From the NCBI GenBank assembly GCA_965113315.1, contig OZ220368.1: a DNA stretch of 64,000 nt, one strand, 5' to 3'. This DNA is from Podarcis vaucheri (taxonomy: Eukaryota). Below the pieces are notes generated by a model. That model did not search any database and was not told the origin of the DNA. It saw only the letters and a program-made list of their open reading frames with translations. Shown here in pieces: positions 51,615 to 64,000 of the stretch. The first letter of the stretch is position 1. Each line of letters begins with the position of its first letter. Made by a program: the position numbers and the translations under genes.

Positions 51615-51929
51615 GTCTAGACAGTCATAAAAAGGGCAATTAAAGGGAGGCAGGCTGCAGTGCGCTAATGTCTCCTTCTGAGAAATGGAACAATTTTATA
51701 AACACACAGGATTGGCTTTTCATCCCTTCCACCTTTAAAATAAGCAAAAGAGGGCAGGCAGAGTTTGCCAGATAAGAAGTGGGGAGGAGAGAAAAATCAC
51801 TGCAATCCCTTCGTAGATGAAGCCAGTCAAAATCACCTAACCCTTGTCTAGTTGTCTACTGCACCCTCCCTCTGCCTGCACCTTAACACACACACACAAT
51901 CAAATATTCCGCCTGCGTCCCGTCTAGAC
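51615..51929. promoter_or_regulatory. Pair of palindromic SMAD-binding elements (51615-51622 and 51922-51929)
   Basis: Two exact GTCTAGAC sites 307 bp apart in a stretch with no recognisable transposon. Confidence 0.55.
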
Positions 51930-52185
51930 TGTGATAACAAAGGGCATTTCAGCCCCACAAGATGCGCTGACAGAGAGAGTGGCCATTTAAAGAGGCAGCA
52001 TTGCCTTTCTCTGATGACTACCATTTGTCAGGTGGCCTTCACAAGAAAATAAGCCATTCTGGGGTCCTGAGGCCACCTTCCTTTCTAAAGTCCATGTTTC
52101 ACGGTGCAAAAAAAGATACCTGAAACAGCCCTGTGCTTTCAAAAACAACAAATGTTCTAAAGTGTATATTTTAAAAATAATAATT

Positions 52186-52201
52186 TGTTGTTGTTGTTGT
52201 G

Positions 52202-52254
<53 letters not shown>
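52186..52254. repeat. (TTG)n(ATT)n microsatellite
   Basis: Read directly from the sequence. Confidence 0.9.
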
Positions 52255-52256
<2 letters not shown>

Positions 52257-54871
52257 TGCTCCCACAGTGAAGACAGGACTGCTTGCAATTCATTACAGAA
52301 AATAAAAAAGATGCTGTAAAAAAATTTAAAACTCGCAAATGTGGTCTCCTTAATTTACGATTTGATAATATTATATCATTTGTGGTTATGTACTGTACTC
52401 TGTAGGGTTGCCACTCCTTAGCTTTTAGCACTGAATTGCTCCTATGTACCTTCCCATGACCTTTGCTCCCTCCAGAATCCTGGGTAGCTGGGATTGCGAA
52501 ATGATGGGTTTGGGGTGGGGTGGGGGGCTCTGACCTGCTCTTGTAACTTTAACAGGAGCTTCATATGCAGAAATCTGGAGCCTCTGCAGGCCCCTCCTGC
52601 TCTAGTAGAGAGAGTGCGTATCATCATCAACTGCCAATGTCTACAGCAGCATTTACAAAGCACAGCAGCAGGGCCTGTTAAACAAGTTGGCAGTCCTATC
52701 AACTACCCTCAAGGTCTCCTAACTTAAATGGTTTCTTAAATGAATTAAACTGCTCAGGACATCTACATGATGCAATCTCTCTCTCCCCCCCCCCAAGTCC
52801 TTCAACTTAACTCTTTAGTTCGCACATCCCCACCAGAAATAATGTGCAGTTACTTGTTAACGCCTTTCCCCAGCGGTCAAGGAAGCCATCTCTGCGGCCA
52901 AAGTCATTCTGCAACTGTGCGGTCCTGTGTATGTTTACCCCGTCGTTAGTTTCGTGACACTCATGGACAAGTAAATAAAGAATTGTGGACAATATAAAGT
53001 TTCATTTATACTGATAGCCTTACATTAACGCTTATTAATGTGGTTTTTTTAATAAAAAAATAGCAGCATGAATGTTGCGCATGATGAGCGCTGCAGCACA
53101 GCTACATTTTCACTTATCTGCACTTCCAGGAGGGTATGGCAATTGCCCAGAACTGTTGTGAATCAAGTACTGTGCAAAATTCTGCAAAAGCAAAGGATTC
53201 TGTTCATATAACAGATGGACCACATGGCAGCGATTCATGGATAAACCCAATAAATTAAAACATTGGCGTCCTGCAGCGAGAGAAGTGATCGGCATCATAT
53301 AAATGCGTCTTCCGAAAGATAGTGCAAGTGAGCCCATCCACATGCTTTAGAGAAAAACCCAGTTCAGACATAATATCTCAGCCATATAAACCATGTTTTA
53401 CAGAACCAAGAGCAAGTGCTCTCTGCCTGCATGCTCCCTCTTATCGTGCACCATAATGCAAAATGTCCGGGGTTTGCCAAACCACAGTTTCCCATTATGT
53501 CCGAATTAAAACAACAACAACAACAGTGGTTTGATCTCTGACTGCAAACCAGGATTTGTGGGAGGAGAAAGGATGTGAGAGCATGTGCGCACGACATGCT
53601 CATTCTGAGTTTACAGGACCAAGTTCAGTGTATTTTAACTGGGTCAGAAATAGCTCTCTCTTGACACCCTAACCTTACCCCGTTTGCTAGCTGATTAAGG
53701 AAGAGAAAAATACTTTAATCCAATTCTATTATTTGATATATGATCCTAGATTGGGAATGATTAATGTGCCTAGTTTACCTTCTTGAATTACATATTTCAG
53801 GCTACTGTGCAACGTTCAGATTCTTAATAGTAATGGGGGGAAAACACCAAAAAAAAACCCCAATTGTGTTGTATGCACAGATCTAGTGGCAAACCAGGCC
53901 GCTTCCTGTAATGTTTGTGTTGTGTGTTTTCTGTGCTGTTTGCACTGTGTGTTTTCCAGCATGAATCCCTGCCCATTTTGCATGGCGCAGTGTTGTCAGA
54001 GCACTTCAATGATGTCATGCCAAGTGTGCCCAAGACTCATACTGAGATGACTCAACATAAAAAAGTATCAGGGTGGAGGAGCAACAGATGACATTGCTCA
54101 GCACTAGCGACTCACGCGCAGCTTCGAACCTTTCGCCTTCTATTTGCTCAGCAATTAAAACACACACACAAAGAGTTAAGCGGTGCCTCAGCTCTCTTAG
54201 AAACACCATGTTGCCTTCCAAGCTGCCTACTTAAAAAGCAGCCAACTTTCTAAATGGTAGGCAGCAAACTGATCTTAGCAACTACACCAGCTTTATAAAC
54301 AAAAGGGCAAATTGTGGGTGATGCAAAAAAAAAAAAAAAAAAAAACCTCTTGAAAAGCTGGGCCAGTACAGGAAACATCCTTCCTCCTCCTAGGGTTAAT
54401 GAGCTGCGGAATACTTAAAATATCTTAAACCACACACAAAATCTGACTTAACAAGATTTAGGCTTATCGTGCTTAAAAGAGACAGCAAAGGGTCCTTGGT
54501 TTTGGGGAGCAGGAATGAGCTTTTGAGGGGTAAAGTCTCCGTGATCAATTTCATGGCATGTTCACCCGGGATCTGCTCTCGGCATCCCTAGGCAATTGGT
54601 TTAGGAGCTGCCGTTTAAGTCCCCGCAATGCTCTGGGGGGCAAATGTAGCTAACGTGGTGGTCCTCAGATTTCTTGAGTCTACAGCGCTCATCTTCCCTG
54701 GCAATGTTGCCTGAGGTTGATGGGAGCTGTAGTCCGGCACCATGTGACTACCCTTCTTGGGGCACTGTGGGAAATTTACATGCGGCTGTATATTGATATT
54801 CTGCAATACAGCCCTTGCTCTGTTGTGTTAGAGCAATGGAGCTACAGTAGCAGAGGTGACCAAACCTGATG

Positions 54872-55036
54872 AAGGGCTGTGGTTCAGCGGCAGAGCATCT
54901 TGATCTGTATGCAGAAGGTCTTGGGTTCAATCCCCAGCTGGGAAGGACCCCTGCCTGATACGCAGGATGGCTGCGGCCAGTCATTACCAACAAATGCTGA
55001 CCTAGAAGGACCGTATAATAAGCCAGCTTCCCTATG
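54872..55036 (+). mobile_element. tRNA-derived SINE (Squam2-like)
   Basis: A box TGGTTCAGCGG, B box GGTTCAATCCC, 3' end cagcttccctatg. Confidence 0.65.
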
Positions 55037-57878
55037 TCTCTTATGCTGAAGAGCTCCAGCCATCATTCAGTCTGATGATATACCTGATAGTTCAGAATGG
55101 AAGAGCATGCTCCAAGCTCTCTCTGTATTTTATACATGTGGATTTCCACAAGTGGCAGTTGACCTGACAAGTCTAAGTGCTACTGCTATTTTCTCTCTTC
55201 ACCACCATTTCTGCTTCTCTCTCTGGACTGGGTACAACACAGGGTCTTTTCTTCATTTTTTTGATAGGTTTAGTCTCTTAGTGTGTTGGGTTGGGTTTTT
55301 TCTTTTCTTTTTAAGGCTATGAAGAACAAGGGACTTGGGGGCAGGGAAGAGAAAGAGAATTGGTGAAAAAGAAGTGTAGCTAGAATATTGGGGCCAAGAC
55401 AGCTGGCCACAAAATGCCCATGTGGTTGCCAAAACCGTGTCTTCCCAAGGACTCACGGCCACCTTTGACCATTAGCTCTTGCTGTGAACAAGAGTTGTCT
55501 TCAGGAAACACAAAACAACTATTCAGAATGAGTATGACTTAGACATCTTGTATCTCACCAAACCCAGCTGTCCCCATTCCTTGTATTGTGGGCTGTCAAG
55601 ATACTTAAAGTTTCTTTTCCTTCCATCCATCCATCCCAGGCAGGCAGCAGACACAGCAGTCTACCAAGCCTCTTAAGGGGCTGCTATACCACAACAAGAA
55701 AATATTCACAAAACACATATCAATGTGCAAAGCACACTTAAGAAATAGCCGTTGGACATAAATGCTTAGGGCGTTAGGCTGAGGCTGCAGCCTGGTTCAC
55801 ATGTCTTGCTAAGCCTATGGCCTATTCCCATGGCCATGCCAAGAGGAAACAAACCAGAGTGTTGGCTTAGCATTACCTGTGAAACAGCTTGTGGTTTATT
55901 TCTTACCGAACAAGCCAAGAGCAAACCACCAAGACCACCCAATGAGTCCATGGCACAATCATCCACATCTAGTCCCAGTTGTACATGCTAGACCACTCAA
56001 TCCTGTGCATGTTTTATCAGGTTTAAGTCTCATTGGTAAGTGTAGCTCTGCACACTTGAACACCATTGGAACTGAACACCATTGAAATTACTTCCAAGTA
56101 GACATGCATAACATTGCACTACTCCTCTTATTTCTGAGATGGAAAAGTGGGATCAGTAACTTCCAACCCTCTAGCCTTAAACTGCATCATGCAACTGTTG
56201 TTACGAGTGATGTGGGAGGCCTGAAAGTTTGTCTCTGAAATTCCAAATTGGGCTTGCTACTGTTTATCAGCATTTATTGGGCTGTATGAGCATCAATAAT
56301 TCCTCTCTTTTTCTTCCCCACCTCCCTTGTTCCTTAATTATTATTTTAATAAGACTGCTCCCAACTTCACTGCTCATTCCACAATAGCCCAAGGGCTACA
56401 ACTGTTCATTAGGCAGAATTTCTCTTTTAATTGCACTGACACAGAGGCGTAGGTTATCTGAAAGAAATTACTAAAAGGAGCCATGAAGGATAGAACCAGA
56501 TTCTTTTCTTTCCCTGCCCTCTGGAAGGGTTTGCATTATCGCACTGCCCGACTTCCAAAAAAACCACTTTTACGTTCTACAAACAGCAAGTCCTGAAGTC
56601 CATACATGGGACTTTCCTTAACATATGTAGCCAGTGTAAATCCCAGTGAACCCTTCCTCATAAAAAGAGGCAGAAGGGCTTTATGGCACCACTGTAAGAA
56701 CCTAAGAACCATCTGCACTGAACCAGATCAAAGGTCCATGGAATCTGTCATTCTGGCCCCAGCAGTGGCCAACCACTGGCCCCAGGATGGGCAAAACAAG
56801 ATGGAGGGTGTCAGCCGGTGTTGCTTGCCCAAAAAAGCATCTGGTAATAAAAGAGGCGGGGAATCTGCAGGTGTCATTGGTAGGCTCCAGCTCCCATCAG
56901 TCCCAGCCAGCATGGCCAATGGGCAGAGATGTAGTCTAGCAACATCTGAAATGGAGTTTCCAAAGAGCCATCACTACAGCCATTTGGGGCCCGAGCATTT
57001 ATTTACAGGGCCAGCTTGAAAGGTGCAAACTCTAAAACCGATACTTCCAAGCGAGCATGCTTAGGCTTGCAGACTTACTCCTTGTGACAGCCTGGTGGAT
57101 GAAGCAATGGAGTCAGCATGGACCTCGATAACAAGAGGAACAGATGGCCTCATAACAACAATTGCAAAGTTGGAGCATTGTTTGAATAACTGGAACACTG
57201 TTTTGCATGGTGTGTGTGTGTGTGTGACTTTTAAAAATAAGATAAATGCCTTACTATTAAAAAATAAAAAAGAGGGTTGGGGGGAGAGAGAATATGTACC
57301 AGCAAAAGTATTGGCTCTGCTTTGTTGCTAAGGGAGTTGTATTTGCCTAGAATCCAACAAAGATATTTAAAATTCTGTTAATGTGTTGCAACAACACCCC
57401 CTTCCCAAAAGACCGAACATCTTGTGTGTGGAACGCAGTGGAAAGAGGGACGTCAATTGTACCCTTTCCATGAGGCATACGCTGCTTAGACCTGACTGCA
57501 GTGTTTTAGCAGTGGAGGGGTTTTTTTTTTGGTATCTTGGTCCTCAACGCTATTTGGCAGCTTGCTCGAGACTTATTGGCATAGGGTAAAAGGTTTTTAT
57601 TTAGACTGTGTCAGCTGAGAATCTGTGCATGTAAGAACTGGAGTGGGAGTAATCTTGACTGTGTTTCAAAAGCACGTTTCTCTTCGGGAGCTGCCTTGGT
57701 AATTATAAAAATTGAGCGTGCTTAAAAAGAGGGGCCTGCTCTCTGCGGACGAACCCTGGCTTTATTTCCCAAGCACAACCCCCTATTGTGGGAAAACATC
57801 CACTGTTCGGGAGAGAGAAAATTGGCTGGGAACACTATCCTAACCCCGTGACCCCTCCGAACAAAAGGTAGAAAAAGT

Positions 57879-57886
57879 GTCTAGAC
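57879..57886. promoter_or_regulatory. Palindromic SMAD-binding element GTCTAGAC
   Basis: Exact consensus, with a GTCTG half-site about 6 bp downstream. Confidence 0.45.
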
Positions 57887-60800
57887 CTCCAGTCTGAATG
57901 CAGGAGAAGGCAAGTATTGTATTATCGAGATACATGGCTTGCTTCAGAGAACAGAGGCTGGCATATACTTTTCTGGGGCGGGGTGGGGGTGGAACAGGAG
58001 GGAAGCAGAAAACAACTTGGAAAATAAGTCTGCATGGAGATTGGGGAAAGTTAAAAGACTATGCCCGATCCAGTTTCATCATTTTAGAATGCAATTTTGC
58101 AGGACACAGTGTAACGAGAGAACCAAACTGTGCTGACTTTTGCACTTAAAACCATTCTGAGAGCCCGGAGTGTGCAGACACAATACTGGCCTTCACTATG
58201 GAGACTGCAGCACACCAGACAAAACATCTTCAAGAATTGCTGCTCTCTTTTTGTTGTTGTTCTGAAAGAAGGGCTGTATGATTTTCCGATTATTCTCGCC
58301 ATTTTTGCCATATACTTCAATCCAACCGTTTGAAGGCAAAAGTCTATGCATGTTCCCTTTCTCTCTCTTTCTGCAGAGGGAAGGCGTCCCACTGATTTTA
58401 GTGGACCCTCCTCTCCAGTAAACAGACAAAGATAGAATCAGGCTGCATAAGCATCATCTGAACACGCTTTGTGCCACAATTCATCCAGCTGAAAGGAATT
58501 TGAACCTGCCTGCTTCCATAATGCACACTGGGCGCTGAATTGTAATACTTTTGGGAACTTTCCTAATAAGCAATTTGGGTTTCTTTCAGAGCAGGTTGTT
58601 ACAAGACAAGAGGTGTATTTCACATCCTCCCCTGGAATCGTGAGCCTAGGAGGACTGCAGCCAATCGGTGTATACCCTATTGAGATAACTGGAGTTTACT
58701 TTCATTAAGCAAATGCTGCAAAACTAAGACAGGATGAAGCGAAAGGTTGCTCACTATTAAAAATATCAGATCCTATTTTGCAATCTCACGCATTAAAAAT
58801 TGTTAAATGCGCAAACGGCCTATTCCTGGAATCATAAGAGTTGGAAGGGAACCCAAAATTCATCCTTGCAGGAATCTCAGCTAAAGCATCCATGACAGAT
58901 GACCATCCAGCCTCTGCTCAAGGAACACACACTGGAAGTTGCAGGCAGGAGACAGATGCTTGGGCTTTGTCAAAATACGATGAAGCTTTGTCCTTGCAAA
59001 GTTTAGGGAGGTGTAAGTCCCTTGGTTGTGCAGGGCACAAAAGAGTTGTGTGCATGTGCCTCAAACCCCTTTGTCCAACCGGGATGCCACAAACTCTGGC
59101 TGCCTGTGCCACTTGTGGCAGACTGGCCACCCGTCACCCAATTTGGAGGGCAGAGTTTTGTATAGGAAACTTCATTATACCAGGTCAGACCATTTGTCCA
59201 GCTACATCAGCATCGCCAGCGTTTTCTTAATTGGAGATGCCAAGAACTGCGTGCAAAGCAGGTGTGGTCTACCACCAAGCTACAGCTTCTGTCCACAGAC
59301 CTCCAATGAACTCACAGGAAATTGATGCACCTCAGGCCCATCATACTCCCACAGAGAAGACCAGAGTAGCCACAGTGGAAGAAATGAACAAATAATTGAC
59401 TGCAATGGAAGACCCACGATGGAGGTCTAATGTCAAGATGTCTGCAGCATCTTCCGCCGTGTGAAGCAACTGTTAGGGATGTAGCTGAATGAAGAACTCC
59501 CTGACCCGATATAAACCCAGTTACAAGGTGCTCTGCTGCTTTCCAGAGGCAATTTGTGTGAGTGCAGAGAGCCATTTTTTTCTGCAGTCACAGAGGCAGA
59601 ACCACCACTAGGAAGCAGCAGCTGGAAATGGAGACTGGGCTTTCTCAGATGTTCTTCCTTCATGTGGAGGTTTCCTTGGGAATTGTTGTTGTTGCTGTTG
59701 TTGTTATACTTGGGCAGCAAATTCCTGAACTGGAGCGATGTTAACACGGCTGCCAAAGATGAGGAGGAGGAGAAAAGGCCACATGTTACCCATCTCCTTT
59801 GGAGAATGAGAGCTGCTCCTTTCATGGGATTTAGTAGGTGCTGCTACTAATGTTTATTGTGCTTGTATCCGCAGACAGTGGCCACACATCAGTGTGTAAG
59901 CCCCATTGAGTTCAATAGGATTTACTTCCAAGAAAACCTATTTTGGATTGCACGGCAACCTGAGGAGCCTCCTCTCCTAAGAGGAGGAGGAAGCCGGAAG
60001 CTGTGCTCTGCCTGTTGTGCGTTGTGTTTACTTTGCAGCTGCCTCTAGTTTAAAAGCAATGGGAATATTATTTCTTTTGGTTAAAAATACACCAGGGGGA
60101 AAGAAACACTCATTGGTCTACGTTATTTACACTTCCACATAAGTCTCAGCAATGTGTGAGAAATGGCAGGTTATGCACACCATAGTGCCTTAGCGGTCAT
60201 GTGTGTGTGTGTTCATTAATGTGCATGCACAGTTGACACAAGATGCTTCTTTCCTCTCCTAATTAGGGATTTACAGCACAATTCCATACATATCTAGTCA
60301 GAAGAAAGTGTCATTGATCTCACTAAGACTTATGGCCAGGGATGTTGTTAAGGATTGTGGCCTTAACTTTGTGAGGCTGGGGGGCGGGGGGCGGGGAGTA
60401 GCTGTACCCTAAGGAGCAACTAACAAAAAGCAAAGAGTCTTGCATCTAATGAAGTGGGTTTGTGCCCATGAAAGCTGAATAGCATAATATTTTTTTTAAT
60501 TGCCACCAGGCTTTTTGTTGTTTTTGCTGCAAAAAAACTAACATGGCTACCCATCTGTGAATTGAGCAAACTCACACTTACAGCATTTTAGCAAGGCATC
60601 CCTAAAATCCCTCTTAAAGTCATCTAAACTGAGGTAGGAATTTACAAGAAGTAAGTATTAGGATTATTAGGCCTATCCCTAGTCAATAAGGATTTTTGGA
60701 GCATATGCACTATCTGCCTGCTAAAATGGAAACCATCGGATAGACTCTTCCATCTCCTTATGTGAGGGAGTTCTCAGTACAGCCCTCTGCATAACCCAGA

Positions 60801-60916
60801 ACACAAGGTTCTAGTGAAGATATACACAACTGTGAAGCTGCCTTATATCTAGCCAGGACCATTGGTCCATTTAGCTCAACTGGGTGATGGGAGCCGTTCA
60901 GGATCTCAAGCATATA

Positions 60917-61115
60917 CAGTGGTACCTCGGTTTACGAACTTAAGTCCACGTTCTTAAACCGAGACGCGCTTTCCGCCGCCGGTGCCCTTCCACCATTCGG
61001 CTTCCGTTCTTAGACCAAGGTAAAGTTCGCAAACCAGGACACTACTTCCGGTTTTGCGGAGTTCGTAAACCGAATAGTTTGTAAACAGGTCTGTTCTTAA
61101 ACCGAGTTACCACTG
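60917..61115. mobile_element. Tc1/mariner-type MITE (related family), apparently splitting an older SINE
   Basis: TA|CAGTGGTACCTCGGTTTA...TAAACCGAGTTACCACTG|TA. Confidence 0.85.
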
Positions 61116-64000
61116 TATCTTAACCTGCAAGCAGGGATACTGGAGGTCTCAGACACTGAACACGTAACGTTCTGCATGCATCACATTGTGTCATCCCACT
61201 AAACCTTTTCCCAAAGCTTTGCTCTAAGGTCCAAGCCCTCCTGGCATTTAGAAGTGTGGTCATGTCTCCTAAAGGTCGGTTACTGCAATGGAACTACTGT
61301 ACACAGGTGAACAGGGAACTGGAGGAAGACCAGGGCACTGGTGTCTTAAGCCTCAGGCAGGTGCCCGATGATGCTGACCCCTGGTGCCCGCCTTGCCATG
61401 GCATCTTAACAGCTGTAATCTCTGTAAGGGCTGTAATTCTTTCCTTGTTCCTAGGAAATAAAGCAAGAAATGCCTAATAATGCTGCAAGGGTATGCTGTT
61501 ATCTTTTGGAAATGTGTAGAGCAGTCTCCTGGGAGGAAGCTTGAAACCTCACAATAATACTAACAAAGCTTGTGAATAAAAAAAAGAAAGAAAGCACTTT
61601 TGGATTTGAGAGAGCGGCTTTTTTCTCCTACCAATGTACAGGCTGAAGCTGCAGACAAGACCCAGACAACAAAGGCTCCAAGAATAACTATCTGATACAG
61701 GGAGGTCTGCCTTAAACCAGCTTTTTGTTTAAAAAAATAATCCTCAGAAGCTTCTTATTTTGCTATGCTGTGCACTTGCTCCCCTTTTTGTCTTACATAT
61801 AATGGGGGGGGGGATTGGGAGGTGGGGAAGCAAAGCAAAAAAAACACCCCCAAACCCCTCTGACAGAATAAGGAAAAGACAGGAAGGCCAGATTTATGCT
61901 AAAGGAAGTCTCAAGAATAATTTGGCTGGGGAAGATGTCACTGTGAGGGCCTTTTGTTGCAAAGCGCTCCTTGGAATCTCACATTTCCTTGCAGACCCAT
62001 CATCTGCTGCCCTGTTTTTAACACCTAATATTGAAGATCAGAATGCATGGGGTTCTTTGTTGTCCAGAAACGAGAAACTGGTCAAAGAACCCAACATCCT
62101 CTCTCGGCGGACATTCAAAGGGAAGCCCATGTATCTGCAAGGTTCCAAACTGAAGAAGGCCACACTACTGAAGGGGCGGCGCACAACTAGCGAAATCTCG
62201 AAAATGCTGCATATAAAGCCTTAATTGCACTTATTGCCCAGGATTTGCCTCAAGCATCTAGCAGTCTTCTTGAAAAGCGGCAGGCATGCAACTGTGAGCA
62301 GCACATCCAAGGTAATTTCAAACCATTTTATGAGGCCCGACGATAGCAGCTCTTCATACAGGACAGCATGAAACACAATTAGGTTCTGGCAGCTCCCGAA
62401 ATACTTAGCCGAACCAGTTTACCTGGTGGGAAAGTTGTGTGGCCAGACATTCAGCGCCTGAAGACATTTGAACGAAAAACAAAACCACCACAAAACAAGC
62501 TCGTCTGTCAGCACACCCATTATTTCTGTCTCAGCAGCACATGCAACAACTTCTTTATAATGTGGTTGCCAAATAAATACCTCGTGTGTTGTAGGACATC
62601 CTGTTCTGTTCTGGACTGGGAGTGGGTGGGTAAGATAAAGAAGCCCATGGAAGAGATATCTCATTTGCTAATATTAGGGAAAGGTTGCATATTCACACAG
62701 GCAAGGAACTTAACGCTTGCTACCCATACCTTCCTGAACAGGGTCTTATCAAACTTCTCATTTGCTAATACTTCAGATACAGCCGTGCTTAAGAATGCAA
62801 AGAGTTGAAACTGGCATCTTCTTCTGCAGTCACTGCCTTTTTTCAATTAATATTCTTTAAAAATCCAAAAATTGAAATTGCATCTACAAGCCCTCTCTGT
62901 GGGGCAGAATCAAGAGCTCCCACACACCCCACCAGCACAACCTCTGAAACTAACTTTTGCTTTCCAACAGCTCGTGGGCTCCTCCCTGTGAGGATACTAC
63001 TGGTTTTCTGTATGCACAGAGTGGTATTAGCTGAGAAAGAATTCTTTTGCTCAAGATAAAAGGGTCACAAAACTAAGCTAACTTAGAGGGCAATTCCTCT
63101 TTCATTTAGCAGAAGCCAGAGTAGACAGAACTCTAAGCTAATGAGTCATAATAAAGACAGAGGTTAATTATTTTCTTGTTGTTATCAGCACGTGAACAAT
63201 ATTGGCCTTGCAGACAAGTGCACAGACGTTCCTAGTCCTCAACATTTCTTGACCTGTTGAATATCATTTGTGGCACACCGGAAGAACCAACTCTCTTCTA
63301 CTTTACAAAAACTGCCTCATCCACTGTCTCTGGAGAAGAGGTTATTTACAAGCCAGCATAAGACGTAAGGAACCCAGTTTAGTAAATTAACAGCCCTGTA
63401 AAGATACTGTAACTCACAAAATGTGAATTGTGGCAAGCAGTGGGCACCAGCCTGCCAAGTGTGGGATAGAAAGCAAACTCTTCAGGTTTGCTAACTCCCA
63501 GAGGTTTATCCTTAAATCTCACTATTTGACAGATATTTCCAAGCTTAAATTCACAACACCCATGATAACGATCTTAGAAACCTAGGGTTTAAGGAAGAAG
63601 AGAGGCAATTGTCAAGCAAGTTCCTCCTGGGAAGTTCTGGCAGATGACACTGGGATTTCCCGTGAGTAAATAAATGTTTCACAGTCAGCTTGCAGCCTTG
63701 CCCCTCAAAACCATTTCCTGGTGAAGGTAGGTGCATTAAAAAGCAGTGGAGTTTGGAGGCAAGAATTCAGAAGACCAGCTCACAACTTTTCTGGTCTTCT
63801 GGTTAAGTATGTCTCCAGGCCAGTTGCGGGTGTTTTTCTCTGGCAAGCCAAGCTCTCTTTGCCACCGTTAACTGCAATTGACCATTGTATGCTGGAGTGG
63901 GTAAAACCCTGCGTTGTCCATACCTCATCTCCCTACGCTGGAATAATCGTGGCCTCCAGTTTGGCTGGGCTGAGATCGGTGCTGCAGGTGGCAATCAGAG

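Larger units (their letters stand above)
24569..64000 (-). other. PMEPA1: PMEPA1 intron 1 (partial, at least 39 kb; exon 1 not found in window)
   Basis: Exon 2 begins in phase 1 and needs an upstream exon. No sequence resembling the N-terminal ...CTCNCKRSLFQSMEI exon appears in the ORF track or by eye. Confidence 0.7.

Noticed and set aside
57760-57835. Paired RBPJ/Notch (SPS) site from clustered TGGGAA motifs
   Set aside because: The orientation is tail-to-tail rather than the head-to-head SPS arrangement.
59783-59795. ATGG|gtaac-type candidate for a minimal 'MA' first exon
   Set aside because: Weak donor with no promoter or CpG context; similar chance matches occur at ~38276 and ~62720.
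1-64000. CRISPR array, prokaryotic operon or defence system
   Set aside because: The sequence is intron-containing vertebrate DNA; all repeats are microsatellites or transposon-derived.

Overview
Vertebrate genomic DNA, most likely from a lacertid lizard (inferred from Sauria/Squam-type SINEs, a BovB fragment and the MITE families). The window holds the 3' part of PMEPA1 (TMEPAI) on the minus strand. It contains coding exon 2 (24568-24414, transmembrane), exon 3 (19054-19001, 54 nt, missed by the ORF track) and exon 4 (18159-17608, with PPPY, PPNR and PPTY motifs), plus a ~7.4 kb 3'UTR ending at a strong poly(A) site near 10172-10177. Everything above 24568 is intron 1; I could not find exon 1 and it probably lies beyond the window. 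The remainder is repeat-rich: Tc1/mariner and hAT MITEs, SINEs, L1/L2/CR1/BovB fragments, two solo-LTR-like elements and microsatellites. Almost all ORFs in the track are spurious. I found no convincing novel biological system. The best leads are four palindromic SMAD sites in intron 1, an LTR-like element that makes up most of intron 3, a NAGNAG acceptor, a long UTR with conserved islands, nested insertions with exact TSDs, and a speculative phase-compatible plus-strand exon pair downstream of the gene. Comparisons with human PMEPA1 and repeat-family names come from memory and need checking.
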